Shown: positions 39,790 to 50,812 of the stretch, piece after piece | Layout of the letters: the number at the start of each line of letters is the position of its first letter | Numbering within the stretch: the stretch's first letter is position 1 | Source: an uncultured delta proteobacterium | GTDB lineage: Bacteria > Desulfobacterota > RBG-13-43-22 | Assembly: GCA_963843145.1 (NCBI GenBank) | Contig: CAWJJC010000028.1 | Span: 704,001 to 768,000 of the forward strand | Direction of reading: 5' to 3' | Length of the DNA stretch: 64,000 bases | Translations under genes and position numbers: made by a program | The notes under the pieces: generated by a model | Told to the model about the DNA's origin: nothing | What the model saw: the letters and a program-made list of their open reading frames with translations, nothing else | Database searches by the model: none

Positions 39790-41301
39790 TTAGCGCAGCC
39801 AGGCCACGACCTGGCCGCCGACCTGCACCTGCTGGATCAGATGGTCCACCGTGGCGTGCATGACCTCCAGAAAAGGACCCGGGCCGAAGCCTATCCAGAG
39901 CACCAACAAAGCCAGGGGAACCAGATAAATGAATTCCCGCACATTCAGGTCGAAAAAATGGTGGCCCTCCCCCTCTTCTTCCCGCTTCCCCCAGGCGATC
40001 TTTTGCAGCAGACGGAGCATATAGGCGGCCGCCAGGACCACGCCGGGTATGGTCAGGAAGCCATAGACTTTATGGCCGGTAAAAGTGCCGATCAAGACCA
40101 AGAGCTCGCCGACGAAACTGTTGGTTCCGGGAAAGGCCATGGAGGAAAGGGAAAATAAGCCGAAAAAAGCGACATAGAGGGGCATGATCTTCCCCAGGCC
40201 GGAGTTGACCGTAATCAAACGACTGTGAGTGCGTTCGTAGATAATGCCCACGCCCAGGAAAAGGCCCCCGGTAGTGATGCCATGGTTGATCATTTGCAGG
40301 ATACCCCCCTCGAGACCGTACTTATTAAAAATGAACGTCCCCAGAGTGACAAAACCCATGTGGGCCACGCTGGAATAGGCGATCAGGCGCTTCATGTCGG
40401 TTTGCCCCAGGGCTACATATCCACCATAGATGATGGAAATAACGGACAGTATCAGAATCAACGGCGCGAAATAAATACTGGCCTCCGGGGTGATGGGCAG
40501 GCAGAAGCGCAGAAAACCGTAGGTCCCCATTTTTAAGAGGATACTGGCCAGGATGACACTGCCGGCCGTGGGGGCCTCTACGTGGGCCGCGGGCAACCAG
40601 GTGTGGAAAGGGGCCATGGGAACCTTGATGGCAAAGGCAATGGCAAAGGCCAGGAAGATCCAGAACTGGAACTGAAAGGAATAAGGCTGAGACATCATTT
40701 CCGGGATGCTGAAGCTCCCGGTTTTTAGAAAGAGGGCGATCATGGCCACCAGGAGGAAAACGCTCCCGGCCATAGTATAAATAAAAAACTTAATGGAAGC
40801 ATAGACCTTTTCCGGGCCGCCCCAGACGGCGATCAGGAGATACATGGGGACCAGCATGGCTTCCCAGAAGATATAGAAGAGGACGAAATCCAGGGCCGAG
40901 AAGACGCCGACACAGGCGGTTTCCATGAGCAGGAGACAGAAGTGAAATTCCCGGACCCGTTTGGAGATATATTTCCAGGAGGAGAGGACGCAGATCGGGG
41001 TGATTAAAGTGCTCAACAACACCAGGAGCAGGCTGATGCCGTCCACCCCCAGGGTGTAATTAATCTTAAAAAAGGGGATCCAGGAGACGTGTTCACCGAA
41101 CTGGTACTTATAGGTGGAGGCGTCGAAATAGAAGTAGAGCGGCCAGGAGAGCACCATGGTGACCAGGCTGATCAATAGGGTCCAGACCTTGGCGGCCGTT
41201 TCATTTTTCAACAAAAAGAGGACCAGGGCACCGGCCAGGGGCAGAAAGATAAGGGTACTCAGGATCGGAAAATTGAGGGGGTTGAGAATCAGGAAATCCA
41301 T
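39790..41301 (-). CDS. nuoM: Complex I subunit M
   Basis: LGVDGIS, FYIFWEAMLVPMY, FAIKVPMAPFHTWLP.AHVEAP, LLKMGTYG, QMINHG, PGTNSFVGE. Confidence 0.94.
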   Translation of the reverse strand: MDFLILNPLNFPILSTLIFLPLAGALVLFLLKNETAAKVWTLLISLVTMVLSWPLYFYFDASTYKYQFGEHVSWIPFFKINYTLGVDGISLLLVLLSTLITPICVLSSWKYISKRVREFHFCLLLMETACVGVFSALDFVLFYIFWEAMLVPMYLLIAVWGGPEKVYASIKFFIYTMAGSVFLLVAMIALFLKTGSFSIPEMMSQPYSFQFQFWIFLAFAIAFAIKVPMAPFHTWLPAAHVEAPTAGSVILASILLKMGTYGFLRFCLPITPEASIYFAPLILILSVISIIYGGYVALGQTDMKRLIAYSSVAHMGFVTLGTFIFNKYGLEGGILQMINHGITTGGLFLGVGIIYERTHSRLITVNSGLGKIMPLYVAFFGLFSLSSMAFPGTNSFVGELLVLIGTFTGHKVYGFLTIPGVVLAAAYMLRLLQKIAWGKREEEGEGHHFFDLNVREFIYLVPLALLVLWIGFGPGPFLEVMHATVDHLIQQVQVGGQVVAWLR

Positions 41302-41327
41302 GCTTTTCTATCCACCCTGTTCCTTGC

Positions 41328-43085
41328 TCAGGTTAAAAGATAAACACCTACGATGGCAAAAATCGCCACCAGGGCCAGGGCCAGGTAATATTGAAGATTA
41401 CCGCTCTCGACGACGCGGATCTTTTCCCCCACTCCTCGGGTCCCGTAGGCTACATTATCCACCACGCCATCGATGCCCCAGCGGTCAAACCAGGCAAAAA
41501 AGCGGGCCAGGGACATTAAGATCCGCAGGACCACGGTCCGGTAAAACTCCCCCCAGGCCTGATCCAGACCTTGCAGGGGACGACGGGCGAACCAGAAAAA
41601 ACCGGAAATAAGGCCTCGTACGAAAAAGTCGAAATCCAGGTTAATCTTGCCTTCCGGCGCCAGCTTTTTGACCAGCAAAAAGAAACCCAGGCCGGTAAAG
41701 AGCAGGATCTGGACGGTTTCCGAAAGGTGATAGGACGAATAGGGATTGAACTCCACCGGGTAGGGCAGCAGCTCATAGAGGGCCCGGGGATACACGCCGA
41801 TGATCAGGCAGAGGAGGGAGGTCAACCCCATGGCCCAGAGCATATTCTTAGGCGGTTCCTTGGGCCTCAGGCCGCAGTCCTTGCCGAACCAGGCGAAATA
41901 CGGCAGCTTCAACCCCACGGACAGAAAGGTGCCCACCGAGGCCAGCAGGAGCAGGAGCATCAGGTTCGGATGATGGGCCTCCCCGGCCCCGGCGATGACC
42001 AGGGACTTGCTGACGAAGCCGCTGAACAGGGGAAACCCCGAAATGGATATCCCGCCCACCACATAAAAAATCAGGGTTAAAGGCATGTACTTGTACAGGC
42101 CGCCCAGTTCGTTTAACTTCGAACGCCCGGTCATCTGCAGCACCGCGCCGGCTCCCATGAACAGCAGGGCCTTGTAGAGAATATGAGCATAGGCATGGGC
42201 GCAGGCCCCGTTGAGGGCCAATTCCGTACCGATCCCCACCCCGGCCACCATGTAGCCCACCTGGCTGATAATGTGGTAGGCCAGGATACGGCGCATATCG
42301 TTTTCAATGGTCGCGTAGATGACGCCGTAGATGGTCATGACCGTGCCCATAATGGCCAGCACCTCGTAGCCGGGGAAGCCCCGGGCCAGCACATAGACGG
42401 CTGTCTTGGTGGTGTAGGCGCACATAAAGACGGCGCCGGTCACCGTGGCCTCGGGATAGGCATCGGGCAGCCAGGCGTGAAGCGGGAAGACTGCCGCGTT
42501 CAAGCAAAAGCCGGCCAGAATGAGATACTGGGCCAGTCCGGCCCCGGCCTCCGGGATCAGGATGAAGGCCATGCTGCCGGTCTGCTGATAATTGAGCACG
42601 ATCCCGGCCAGGAGCAACAGCCCGCCGAAGACGTGCCAGAGGAGGTAGCGGAAGCCGGCCCGGATCGAGACCGGGACCCGGCGGGCCCAGATCAGAAAGA
42701 CCGAACCGAAGGCCATCATCTCCCAGAAGATGAAGACCGTCAGAAAATCCCCGGCAAAGGTGACGCCCAGGGAACCGCCGATATAGAAGCAGGCCGCCAC
42801 CTGCTGCCCGGGATCTTTTATGTGCAGTCCGTAAAGGAACCCGAGGATGGACATGAGGGTGAAGACATGGGCGAAGATGATGCTCAGCTTGTCCACTCGG
42901 CCGACGACGATCTCAAAGCCCAGGTAGTGGAAGCCGCCGTAGACCCCGGGGGTCATGGTCAGCACATCCAAGAAGGCCAGGGCCGGAAGGACCAGCAGGT
43001 AGATCTGCCGCAGGCGGCCGGGCAGCAGGGGAATCAGCAAGGCCCCAAAGATATAAATCAGACCCGGGTGGATCCAGTTATCCAT
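41328..43085 (-). CDS. Mrp-type antiporter-like subunit with a C-terminal NuoL/MrpA-like arm
   Basis: FWEMMA, NAAVFPLHAWLPDAYPEA, TTKTAVY, RRILAYHIISQVGYM; C-terminal FDRWGIDGVV...SGNLQYY plus a terminal TM helix. Confidence 0.85.
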   Translation of the reverse strand: MDNWIHPGLIYIFGALLIPLLPGRLRQIYLLVLPALAFLDVLTMTPGVYGGFHYLGFEIVVGRVDKLSIIFAHVFTLMSILGFLYGLHIKDPGQQVAACFYIGGSLGVTFAGDFLTVFIFWEMMAFGSVFLIWARRVPVSIRAGFRYLLWHVFGGLLLLAGIVLNYQQTGSMAFILIPEAGAGLAQYLILAGFCLNAAVFPLHAWLPDAYPEATVTGAVFMCAYTTKTAVYVLARGFPGYEVLAIMGTVMTIYGVIYATIENDMRRILAYHIISQVGYMVAGVGIGTELALNGACAHAYAHILYKALLFMGAGAVLQMTGRSKLNELGGLYKYMPLTLIFYVVGGISISGFPLFSGFVSKSLVIAGAGEAHHPNLMLLLLLASVGTFLSVGLKLPYFAWFGKDCGLRPKEPPKNMLWAMGLTSLLCLIIGVYPRALYELLPYPVEFNPYSSYHLSETVQILLFTGLGFFLLVKKLAPEGKINLDFDFFVRGLISGFFWFARRPLQGLDQAWGEFYRTVVLRILMSLARFFAWFDRWGIDGVVDNVAYGTRGVGEKIRVVESGNLQYYLALALVAIFAIVGVYLLT

Positions 43086-43326
43086 AAAAATCCTCCCGCC
43101 GGCCGAGAATGGTGTGGGCCAGACCCTTACTCACCCGAATCAAAACGATGCAGCCCACGAATCCAAAGACGGCCCAAAATCCCGGGATCCGATCTCCAAA
43201 AAAATGCGCTTCATAACGGGGGACCAGGAAATCAAAGACAATGGCCAGACCCATGAGGGCGTAGAGAAAAATCTTCAGGCCCTTTAGACGATTTCGTAAA
43301 AAATCCATCGGTTCGGCCCAGTTCAT
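43078..43326 (-). CDS. Small two-TM protein linked to the Mrp subunits
   Basis: HFFGDRIPGFWAVFGFVGC...LGRREDFY; overlaps both neighbouring genes. Confidence 0.75.
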   Translation of the reverse strand: MNWAEPMDFLRNRLKGLKIFLYALMGLAIVFDFLVPRYEAHFFGDRIPGFWAVFGFVGCIVLIRVSKGLAHTILGRREDFYG

Positions 43327-44789
43327 CGGAGCACCACCTTGATGATATTCATAAAATAATCGGGATAAAGGCCTAACAGCACCGAGGCCAGGGCCGTCAG
43401 CAGCAGCGGGACCACCATGAAGGCCGGGGCTTCGTGATAGCCCCGGCCCTCCGGGGGTTTTTCGAAGTAGGCCTTATAGAGGATGGGAGCGAAATATCCG
43501 GCATTGAGAATGGTGCTGCCCAGGAGGAAAAAAAGGAGGGAGGGGGCCTTGGCCTCCAGGGCGCCGAGGAGCAGGTACCATTTGGTCACGAAGCCACAGA
43601 CCAAAGGCACGCCGATCATGCTTAAGGAGGCCACGCCGAAGGCACCCATGGTAAAGGGCATGGTCCGGCCGGCGCCGCTCAGGTCGCTGATCTTCTTGGT
43701 GTGCAGGGCCACGTAGATGGCGCCGGCGCCCATGAAGAGGGTGATCTTGGAAAAGGCGTGGTTGACGATATGGATCAGCCCGCCGGCGATCCCGCTGGGG
43801 GTCAGCAAGGCCACACCCAGGACGATATACGACAACTGGCTGACCGTGGAATAGGCTAGTCGGGCCTTGAGGTCGTCTTTGGTCAGGGCGATCACCGAGG
43901 CGGTGACAATGGTGATGCCGGCGAGGAAAGCGGTGGGCAGGCCCAGATGCAGGTGGTCCAGCAGGTTTACCCCGAAGACGGAGAGCATGACCCGGCAGAT
44001 ACAGAAGACGCCGGCCTTGACCACGGCCACGGCATGGAGCAGGGCGCTGACCGGGGTAGGGGCCACCATGGCCGAAGGCAGCCAGTTATGGAGGGGCATG
44101 ATGGCCGCCTTGGTCAGACCGGCAATGTAGAAGATGTAGATAACGGTCACCAGCAGCGGGTTGGCGTCGGCCGGAAACATCCCCTGGGCGATCCCCACGG
44201 GGAAATCCAGGGTACCGGTCAGGACATAGGTCAGGATAATGGCCGGCAGCAGAAAGGCCTTGGCCGTGCCGGTCAGATAGACCATGTACTTGCGGGCCCC
44301 TTCAAAGGCCTCGGCGTCCTGATGATGGGCGACTAACGGATAGGTGTAGATGGTAATGAGTTCGTAAAAGAGATAAAAACTGAAGAGGTTGCCGGAAAAG
44401 GCCACGCCCACGGCCCCGACGATGGCGACGGCAAAACAGTGGTAGTAGCGGGTCTGGGCGTGCTCCTCCAGGGCACGCATGTAGCCGATATTGTAAAAGG
44501 AGACCAGGATCCAGAGAAAGGAGGAAATGGTGGCGAAAATCATCCCCAGGGCGTCCACCCGGAACTTGAAGCTGATTCCCGGCAGGATAACGAAGGGGGT
44601 GCATTCGATCATCTTCCCGGCCAGGATCTCCGGAGTCATGGAGAGGACGGTCAGGAAAGTCACCACGGCCCCCAGGACGGACCAGGCCTCCCGGAGATTG
44701 GGCTTTTTCCCGGAGGCCATGATCAGGATGGCGGTCAGGGAGGCGATCAAGACCGCAATGAAAGGTTTGCTGGAGTAGATGATGTCCAT
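43323..44789 (-). CDS. MrpD-family antiporter-like subunit
   Basis: FYELIT..TYPLV.H, KAAIMPLHNWLPSAMVAPTPVSALLHAVAVVKAG, LKARLAYSTVSQLSY; no long amphipathic arm (488 aa). Confidence 0.87.
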   Translation of the reverse strand: MDIIYSSKPFIAVLIASLTAILIMASGKKPNLREAWSVLGAVVTFLTVLSMTPEILAGKMIECTPFVILPGISFKFRVDALGMIFATISSFLWILVSFYNIGYMRALEEHAQTRYYHCFAVAIVGAVGVAFSGNLFSFYLFYELITIYTYPLVAHHQDAEAFEGARKYMVYLTGTAKAFLLPAIILTYVLTGTLDFPVGIAQGMFPADANPLLVTVIYIFYIAGLTKAAIMPLHNWLPSAMVAPTPVSALLHAVAVVKAGVFCICRVMLSVFGVNLLDHLHLGLPTAFLAGITIVTASVIALTKDDLKARLAYSTVSQLSYIVLGVALLTPSGIAGGLIHIVNHAFSKITLFMGAGAIYVALHTKKISDLSGAGRTMPFTMGAFGVASLSMIGVPLVCGFVTKWYLLLGALEAKAPSLLFFLLGSTILNAGYFAPILYKAYFEKPPEGRGYHEAPAFMVVPLLLTALASVLLGLYPDYFMNIIKVVLR

Positions 44790-44803
44790 GGTCTCGGAGA
44801 CGC

Positions 44804-45112
44804 CTATCCTTTCAGTTCGCTGACGGTGTCCACCCGGATTTCCTTGAACCGGCGGTAGACGGCAATGATGATGCTCAGGGCAATGGCCGCTTCGGCGGCG
44901 GCCACCCCCATGATGAACAGGGTAAAGATTTGACCTACCGTCGGGTCAGGGGTCAAGAACATATTAAAGGCCATAAAATTCAAACCGGCGCCATTAAGGA
45001 TCAGTTCGGTGGCGATCAACATGCCGATCAGGGAGGTGTGCTGCAACAGACCAAAAATTCCGATGCAGAACATCAGGGCGCCTAAAACCAGGTAGCTAGA
45101 CAGGCTTTCCAT
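44804..45112 (-). CDS. nuoK: Complex I subunit K
   Basis: ELILNG...NF, GQIF.LF...VAAAEAAIAL. Confidence 0.93.
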   Translation of the reverse strand: MESLSSYLVLGALMFCIGIFGLLQHTSLIGMLIATELILNGAGLNFMAFNMFLTPDPTVGQIFTLFIMGVAAAEAAIALSIIIAVYRRFKEIRVDTVSELKG

Positions 45113-45114
45113 GG

Positions 45115-45654
45115 CTACTTCCTTTCCCGGCCCAAGGCCAGGTTGGTGATCAGGATCGCCCCGATGATGGCCACGACCAGCAGGAGGGAGATCAATTCAA
45201 AGACCAGAAAGTACCGGGTCAGCAAGGCCTGCCCGAGGCTCTTGGTGGTCCAATCACGGGCTGGAGCTGCCCAGGGAGCCCATTGGGCGTTGAGGATCAT
45301 TTGGATTATGGCGATGAAAGCAATAACGCTGACGACCAAGGCCACGACCACCTTGGTAAGAGAAGGTTTTCTTAAGTCCAAATCCAAAGGTGGAGAAAGC
45401 ATGATGGCAAAAATATAGGTAACGCAAATGGCCCCCACATAAATCAATAATTGCATCATGGCCACAAATTGGCTTCCTAAAAATAGATAAATCCCGGCTA
45501 TGCCGAACATGGCCTGGGCCAGCCCCAGGACGTTGTGGACGATTTTTGAGGGAATTACGGCCAGTACTGCACCGGTCAGGGTAATAAAAATCATAATCCA
45601 GAAGGCCACTTGGGCCACCAGGATCGGCGGTATGAAATCTGCAATGGTATTCAT
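45115..45654 (-). CDS. nuoJ: Complex I subunit J
   Basis: QLLIYVGAI, LG..L...Y.L.FELIS.LL..AIIGAI. Confidence 0.92.
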   Translation of the reverse strand: MNTIADFIPPILVAQVAFWIMIFITLTGAVLAVIPSKIVHNVLGLAQAMFGIAGIYLFLGSQFVAMMQLLIYVGAICVTYIFAIMLSPPLDLDLRKPSLTKVVVALVVSVIAFIAIIQMILNAQWAPWAAPARDWTTKSLGQALLTRYFLVFELISLLLVVAIIGAILITNLALGRERK

Positions 45655-46112
45655 CGGCTTTTCTCTAAGCGCCCCATGATATCTATCACCGTATCCCAAC
45701 GGGAATAAAAGACCAACTCGTATTCCTTGGAGAATTTAAGCGTTTGTTTCGGGCAGAGATCGACGCACAAGCCGCAAAGGCTGCACTTGGAAAAATCAAT
45801 ATAATAGCGATATCCGTATTTCAAGCCCCCGGCCCTGGCTTTCCCCCCCTGGACTTTAATGACATGGGAAGGGCAGACGCGCGCGCATAGGCCGCAAGCC
45901 ACGCAATGATGGGTCTTGGTGTCGTCAAAGCGGATGGCTTCGATGTGTCCCCTGAAATTGGGGGTCATGGTCAGTTTCTGCCGGGGGTATTGGACCGTCA
46001 CAATGCGGGTGAAAAGACGTTTCAAGGTGATCCACAGCCCGACTACCAGGCTCTTGCCACCCGTTAGGATCTCCTCAAAGTACTGAATAAAGGCATTGGG
46101 GGGGGTATTCAT
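45651..46112 (-). CDS. nuoI: Complex I subunit I (2x[4Fe-4S])
   Basis: TVQYP...FRG, CVACGLCARVCP, CSLCGLCVDLCP. Confidence 0.93.
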   Translation of the reverse strand: MNTPPNAFIQYFEEILTGGKSLVVGLWITLKRLFTRIVTVQYPRQKLTMTPNFRGHIEAIRFDDTKTHHCVACGLCARVCPSHVIKVQGGKARAGGLKYGYRYYIDFSKCSLCGLCVDLCPKQTLKFSKEYELVFYSRWDTVIDIMGRLEKSR

Positions 46113-46113
46113 C

Positions 46114-47112
46114 TTAAATAACCTTAAGGACAATGGCGGTAATCAGAAGATTGACCAAGGCAAAGGGGATCAGGACCTTCCAGGCGAAATTCATCAGTTG
46201 ATCGAAGCGGATTCGGGGATAAGTCCAGCGGGCCCACATGACCACGAAGATCAGAAAATAGGTTTTAATCAGAAACCAGATCATTCCTGAGAAAAAAGGT
46301 CCGTACCAGCCCCCCAGGAAAAGGACCGTAAACATGGAGGCGGCTATGACCATATTGGTATATTCCGCCAGAAAGAAGAGCGAAAAACGCATACCGGTAT
46401 ATTCGGTATGAAAGCCGGAAACCAGCTCCGATTCGGCCTCCACCAGATCAAAGGGTGCCCGGTTGGTTTCAGCCGTGGTGGCAATGAAAAAGATAAGGGC
46501 GGCAATGGGCTGATAGAAGATAAACCAAAGGGAAGACTGCGCCCGGACGATATCACCCATTTTAAAGGTGTTGGTCATGATAATGACCGACATGGTGGCC
46601 AAGAGCAAGGGGATCTCATAGGCCACATTCTGGGCCACCGACCGGATGGCGCCGATCAGGGAATATTTATTATTGGAGGACCATCCGGCCATCAGGATCG
46701 AGATGACGGAAATACTGGAAAAGGCAAAGATGAGCAGGATGCCGACATTCACATCCTTAACCTGCATCAGCGGGCTGAAAGGGATCGGCACAAAACCGAC
46801 AAAGGCCGGAGCGACGACAATGATGGGGGCCAGAAAGAAGATCAATTTGTCGGTGGATTGCGGGGTGACCAATTCCTTGCCCAGCAGTTTCACGGCGTCG
46901 ATCAGGGTCTGGAGTATTCCATGAGGTCCGACTTCCATCGGCCCGGGCCGGAGCTGGATATGGCCGGCCACTTTACGTTCTACCAGGACCAGGAAAGCGA
47001 CGTTTAGTGGAACAATAGCGGCAATGATCAGCAGTCCGACAATGCCGGCCGTGACGTCGGAGCCCAGGAAAGCATAAATATCTTTGAGGTAGGGAAGTTG
47101 GGTAATATTCAC
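46114..47112 (-). CDS. nuoH: Complex I subunit H
   Basis: [50 protein letters not shown]. Confidence 0.95.
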   Translation of the reverse strand: MNITQLPYLKDIYAFLGSDVTAGIVGLLIIAAIVPLNVAFLVLVERKVAGHIQLRPGPMEVGPHGILQTLIDAVKLLGKELVTPQSTDKLIFFLAPIIVVAPAFVGFVPIPFSPLMQVKDVNVGILLIFAFSSISVISILMAGWSSNNKYSLIGAIRSVAQNVAYEIPLLLATMSVIIMTNTFKMGDIVRAQSSLWFIFYQPIAALIFFIATTAETNRAPFDLVEAESELVSGFHTEYTGMRFSLFFLAEYTNMVIAASMFTVLFLGGWYGPFFSGMIWFLIKTYFLIFVVMWARWTYPRIRFDQLMNFAWKVLIPFALVNLLITAIVLKVI

Positions 47113-48236
47113 CGATCAATCTCCGGAACGGTCACATCGATACTCCCGAAAATGGCGATGACATCAGCCAGGAAATGTCCCGGACAGATCTCGGTCAGGA
47201 CGAATAAATTAGAAAAGGAGGGGGCCCGCACCTTGATACGATAAGGGACCCGGGACCCGTCGCTGACGATATAAAAACCCACGGCTCCGCGAGCGCTCTC
47301 AAAGGTGCAATAATAATCGCCTTCCGGCGGGGTGACAAACATGGGCACCTTGGCCCGGATCGGTCCCGGAGGGAGATGGTCCAGGGCCTGCTCGATGATG
47401 TTCAGGCTTTGCTCCATCTCGGCCATTCGGACCTGATAACGGGCCAGGCAATCTCCGGCTTCTCGGGTTGGAATCTCGAACCTAAACTCCGGATAGGCCG
47501 AGTAGGGTTCCTGCTTGCGGACATCATAGGCGACCCCGGAACCTCGCAAGGTCGGACCGGTGACCCCATATTCCAGGGCCACTTCCTTGGTAATGACGCC
47601 CACGTCCTGAGACCGCTTGATAAAGATGATATTTTGGTTGATCAGATTTTCGTAATCCCAGAACCGGCCGCGCAACCGATCGATAAAGCGGCGGGTCCCG
47701 TCATAAAATTCCTTGGTAATATCGTTGCGAACCCCGCCAAAACGACCGTAACTGTAGGTCAGGCGGGAACCGGTTATCCCTTCTAAAAGATCCAGAATAT
47801 GTTCCCGATCATCCCAACCCCAAAGAAAAGGGGTGATGGCCCCGAGTCCCATGGCGTAGTCCATGGCCCCGATGAAATGGCTGGCGATGCGGTTCAATTC
47901 CGAGGTGATGACCCGGATGTATTCCGCCCTTCGAGGGACCTCGATGCCGCAGAGTTTTTCCACGGCCATACAATAGCCGTGGTTAAAGATCATGCCGGAA
48001 AGATAATCCATCCGGGCCGGATTGGGCAGAAATTGTTCATAGGTCCGGTTTTCGGCCATTTTTTCATGGCCTCGGTGGGAGTAGCCGATGATTGGTTCTA
48101 CTTTGATCACCACTTCCCCATCGAGGGTCACCAAGAGGTGCATGACCCCATGGGTGCTGGGGTGCTGAGGGCCAAGGTTGAGTTGATAGACCCGCTGGTC
48201 GATAGAGGTATCGTCTATGGTTTTAGGGTTCAGCAT
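47109..48236 (-). CDS. nuoD: Complex I subunit D
   Basis: [30 protein letters not shown]-terminal EIDR; no NiFe CxxC pairs. Confidence 0.95.
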   Translation of the reverse strand: MLNPKTIDDTSIDQRVYQLNLGPQHPSTHGVMHLLVTLDGEVVIKVEPIIGYSHRGHEKMAENRTYEQFLPNPARMDYLSGMIFNHGYCMAVEKLCGIEVPRRAEYIRVITSELNRIASHFIGAMDYAMGLGAITPFLWGWDDREHILDLLEGITGSRLTYSYGRFGGVRNDITKEFYDGTRRFIDRLRGRFWDYENLINQNIIFIKRSQDVGVITKEVALEYGVTGPTLRGSGVAYDVRKQEPYSAYPEFRFEIPTREAGDCLARYQVRMAEMEQSLNIIEQALDHLPPGPIRAKVPMFVTPPEGDYYCTFESARGAVGFYIVSDGSRVPYRIKVRAPSFSNLFVLTEICPGHFLADVIAIFGSIDVTVPEIDR

Positions 48237-48724
48237 AGGATGTCGTCTATCTCAGTGGTAAATTTGGTCTTGCCGAAATTCTTTAACAACGGAAAATATT
48301 CCGCATCATCGGGATTGATGATGCGTTTGAGGTCCGGGTGTCCTTGAAAGCGGATTCCGAAAAAATCGTAGACCTCCCGCTCCAGCCAGATGGCCTCGGG
48401 ATAGATGTCCCAGACGCTGAAGGGCCTGATCTCCCGGAGAAGTTTGACGCGGGCCATTACCCGGAAGCAGGCCTCGTGGTAAGTGCTGAATAAATAGATC
48501 AGGTGAAAATATTCCAAAAAATCCACGGCCGTAACGGTTTCCAGGAAAAAACGCCTATCTTTCATCTCCCGCGCCACCCGGCGCATGCCGCGCATGATCA
48601 GCCGCACTTCCAGGTGATAGCCGCATTCCCGGTAATCCCGGTCATGCAGTTCAGCCTCGGGAATTACCTGAAGCAGACTATTTCTTACGTTTTCGAGCGG
48701 CTTTGTCGGCTCTGCGGTTGGCAT
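48230..48724 (-). CDS. nuoC: Complex I subunit C
   Basis: [30 protein letters not shown]. Confidence 0.9.
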   Translation of the reverse strand: MPTAEPTKPLENVRNSLLQVIPEAELHDRDYRECGYHLEVRLIMRGMRRVAREMKDRRFFLETVTAVDFLEYFHLIYLFSTYHEACFRVMARVKLLREIRPFSVWDIYPEAIWLEREVYDFFGIRFQGHPDLKRIINPDDAEYFPLLKNFGKTKFTTEIDDILC

Positions 48725-49244
48725 CTATGATTCCCTTGGTAATCTTGGTTTGTATCTTTATAAATCCCTGGAGCAGGGCCTCCGGTCGAGGGGGGCACCC
48801 GGGGATATAGACATCCACCGGGATAATTTTGTCCGCCCCATTGACGATAGCGTACTGCCCGTCATAAGAAAAAGGCCCTCCGGAGATGGCGCAGTTACCC
48901 ATGGCAATAACATAGCGGGGGGCCGGCATCTGATCATAAAGGGTCTTGATGGTCGAAACCAGTTTATGGGGTATGGTTCCGGCCACCACCATGACATCGG
49001 ATTGCCGAGGAGTGCCTCGAGGAATGATGCCGAATCGGTCCCAGTCAAACCGGGCCACCCCGGCGGCCATCATTTCGATGGCGCAACAGGCGATCCCAAA
49101 AGTCAGGGGCCAGAGGGCATTGACCCGGGCCAAATCCAGGAGATCCTGCACGGGGGCAAAGCCCACCACTGCCGGGCTTTCCACATAATCCTGGGAAAGG
49201 TCCCTGGAGGGGATGCAAATTGGAACGTTTCCCTTTACCTCCAT
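48678..49244 (-). CDS. nuoB: Complex I subunit B
   Basis: [41 protein letters not shown]. Confidence 0.95.
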   Translation of the reverse strand: MEVKGNVPICIPSRDLSQDYVESPAVVGFAPVQDLLDLARVNALWPLTFGIACCAIEMMAAGVARFDWDRFGIIPRGTPRQSDVMVVAGTIPHKLVSTIKTLYDQMPAPRYVIAMGNCAISGGPFSYDGQYAIVNGADKIIPVDVYIPGCPPRPEALLQGFIKIQTKITKGIIDANRRADKAARKRKK

Positions 49245-49618
49245 CGGAAGGCTCCTTTACGCCAGGCATAGACAATGGCCAAAGATATTAAAAAGAGAAA
49301 GATAAACAACTCGAGCAGCTCGAAAGCTCCCGTTCCTCTTTGATAGGCCATGAGGACCGGAAAGAGATAGAGCACATCTACATCGAAGGCCAGAAAGATC
49401 AAGGCAAAAAGGTAGTAGGAGGCCCCAAACTGCATCCAGGCCGTCCCGATAGGAGGCATCCCGCTTTCGTAGGTCACCAGCCTTTTTTCTCCATAGATCC
49501 GGGGACCGAGCACGAAATTGATGACCACCATGGAGAGGGGTAATATCAGGCCAAAAAAGAAGAATATGAAGACAAACAAGAATTCACCGAGGCCGGCTTG
49601 TACCATCTGGGAAAACAA
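49235..49618 (-). CDS. nuoA: Complex I subunit A
   Basis: [30 protein letters not shown]. Confidence 0.92.
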   Translation of the reverse strand: MFSQMVQAGLGEFLFVFIFFFFGLILPLSMVVINFVLGPRIYGEKRLVTYESGMPPIGTAWMQFGASYYLFALIFLAFDVDVLYLFPVLMAYQRGTGAFELLELFIFLFLISLAIVYAWRKGAFRWR

Positions 49619-49764
49619 GGGGCGGTCCTCCTTTTTAGCCCAAGAATACCCTGTTCTTCAGGCTTGTTTAACTAACCCACCGAGTGGGTTCAGGTCAAGG
49701 AAAAAATAAGGGCAACTGAGAAAAACATAATGGGAAAAATAGGGTATAGCCGTAAAAAAACTAT

Positions 49765-49793
49765 AATCTAAATAAGGCCGGGGGAAGTGTCAA
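49765..49793 (-). promoter_or_regulatory. Putative sigma70 promoter of the complex I operon
   Basis: Minus strand TTGACA-N17-TAGATT upstream of nuoA. Confidence 0.6.
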
Positions 49794-49837
49794 GCGAAAA
49801 CCTTGATCAGCAGGGCGAAGCGTCGATTAACCTGAAT

Positions 49838-50767
49838 TTAATTTGCCAACCAGTTCCGGGCCTGCTCCACGTCCTTATGGATTTGGGCATGCAGGGCTTC
49901 CGGCCCGGCAAAAGTTTTTTCGCCGCGCAACCTTTTAAGAAAATGGACGGTCAAGTTCTGCTCGTAAAGGGGGCGGTCAAAATCGAATAGATAGGTTTCC
50001 ACCGAAATATGTTTCCCGGCAAAGGTGGGGTTGAAACCCACGTTGGTTACCCCGAAAAACTCGCCGACAGGCGTTTCTACCTTAACAATATAAACTCCGC
50101 GCTGAGGAAGAAGTTTTTCCCGAGGTTCCAGGTTGGCCGTGGGATAGCCGACCACCGAGCGGCCGATGCCCTGTCCTTTAATCACCCGACCGGAAAGAAA
50201 AAAAGGGCGTCCTAAAAGGGACTTGGCTTCCTCCATGGCCCCCGAGGTGATCAGTTCCCGGATCCGGGTACTGCTGACCACTTGCCCCCGAATAGTCACC
50301 GGGGGGTGGATATGGACCTTGAAATCCCATTGCTCTCCCAATTCTTTTAATAAATGAATGTTCCCTTCCCGCTTGCGCCCGAAGGTATAGTCATAGCCGA
50401 TGACGATTTCTTTCATTCCGATAGTATCCAGGAGGACCTCCCGAATAAAGGTTTTCGCCGGCAATTGAGCGAATTCCCGGGAAAAAGGCAGGGATAAGAC
50501 TACCTCAATCCCCTGTTGAAAAATGAGCCGGGCTTTGTTTTCATCGGCTACGATCTGGTGGGGGGCTTTGGAGGGCCGAAGTATCTGGGCCGGGTGGGGA
50601 TTGAAGGTCATGACCACGGCCGTGCCCCCAATGGCTTGGGCCCGCTCCCGAACTTTTTGAAACAGGCCCTGGTGGCCCAGGTGGATCCCGTCAAAATTGC
50701 CGATGGTCAGGACCGCGGCCGAAAAAGGCTGAAAGATCTGGCTGAGGTCGGTGATAAGTATTTGCAT
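49838..50767 (-). CDS. ribF: Bifunctional riboflavin kinase/FAD synthetase
   Basis: TIGNFDGIHLGHQ, SSTRIR, GYPTAN, NVGFNPTF. Confidence 0.95.
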   Translation of the reverse strand: MQILITDLSQIFQPFSAAVLTIGNFDGIHLGHQGLFQKVRERAQAIGGTAVVMTFNPHPAQILRPSKAPHQIVADENKARLIFQQGIEVVLSLPFSREFAQLPAKTFIREVLLDTIGMKEIVIGYDYTFGRKREGNIHLLKELGEQWDFKVHIHPPVTIRGQVVSSTRIRELITSGAMEEAKSLLGRPFFLSGRVIKGQGIGRSVVGYPTANLEPREKLLPQRGVYIVKVETPVGEFFGVTNVGFNPTFAGKHISVETYLFDFDRPLYEQNLTVHFLKRLRGEKTFAGPEALHAQIHKDVEQARNWLAN

Positions 50768-50783
50768 GGTGTTGAATGAAGAC

Positions 50784-50812
50784 TTGACAGTAGGGACGAA
50801 TCAATTTATAAT
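50784..50812 (+). promoter_or_regulatory. Consensus sigma70 promoter for tRNA-Leu
   Basis: TTGACA-N17-TATAAT, exact consensus. Confidence 0.85.

Noticed and set aside
35233-43256. Long plus-strand ORFs (35233-36480, 36547-37470, 42183-43256; likewise 61681-62736)
   Set aside because: Antisense shadows of well-supported GC-rich minus-strand genes, with no motifs of their own
47109-49244. Group 4 [NiFe]-hydrogenase
   Set aside because: The large subunit lacks both CxxC Ni-binding motifs and has NuoD quinone-site residues
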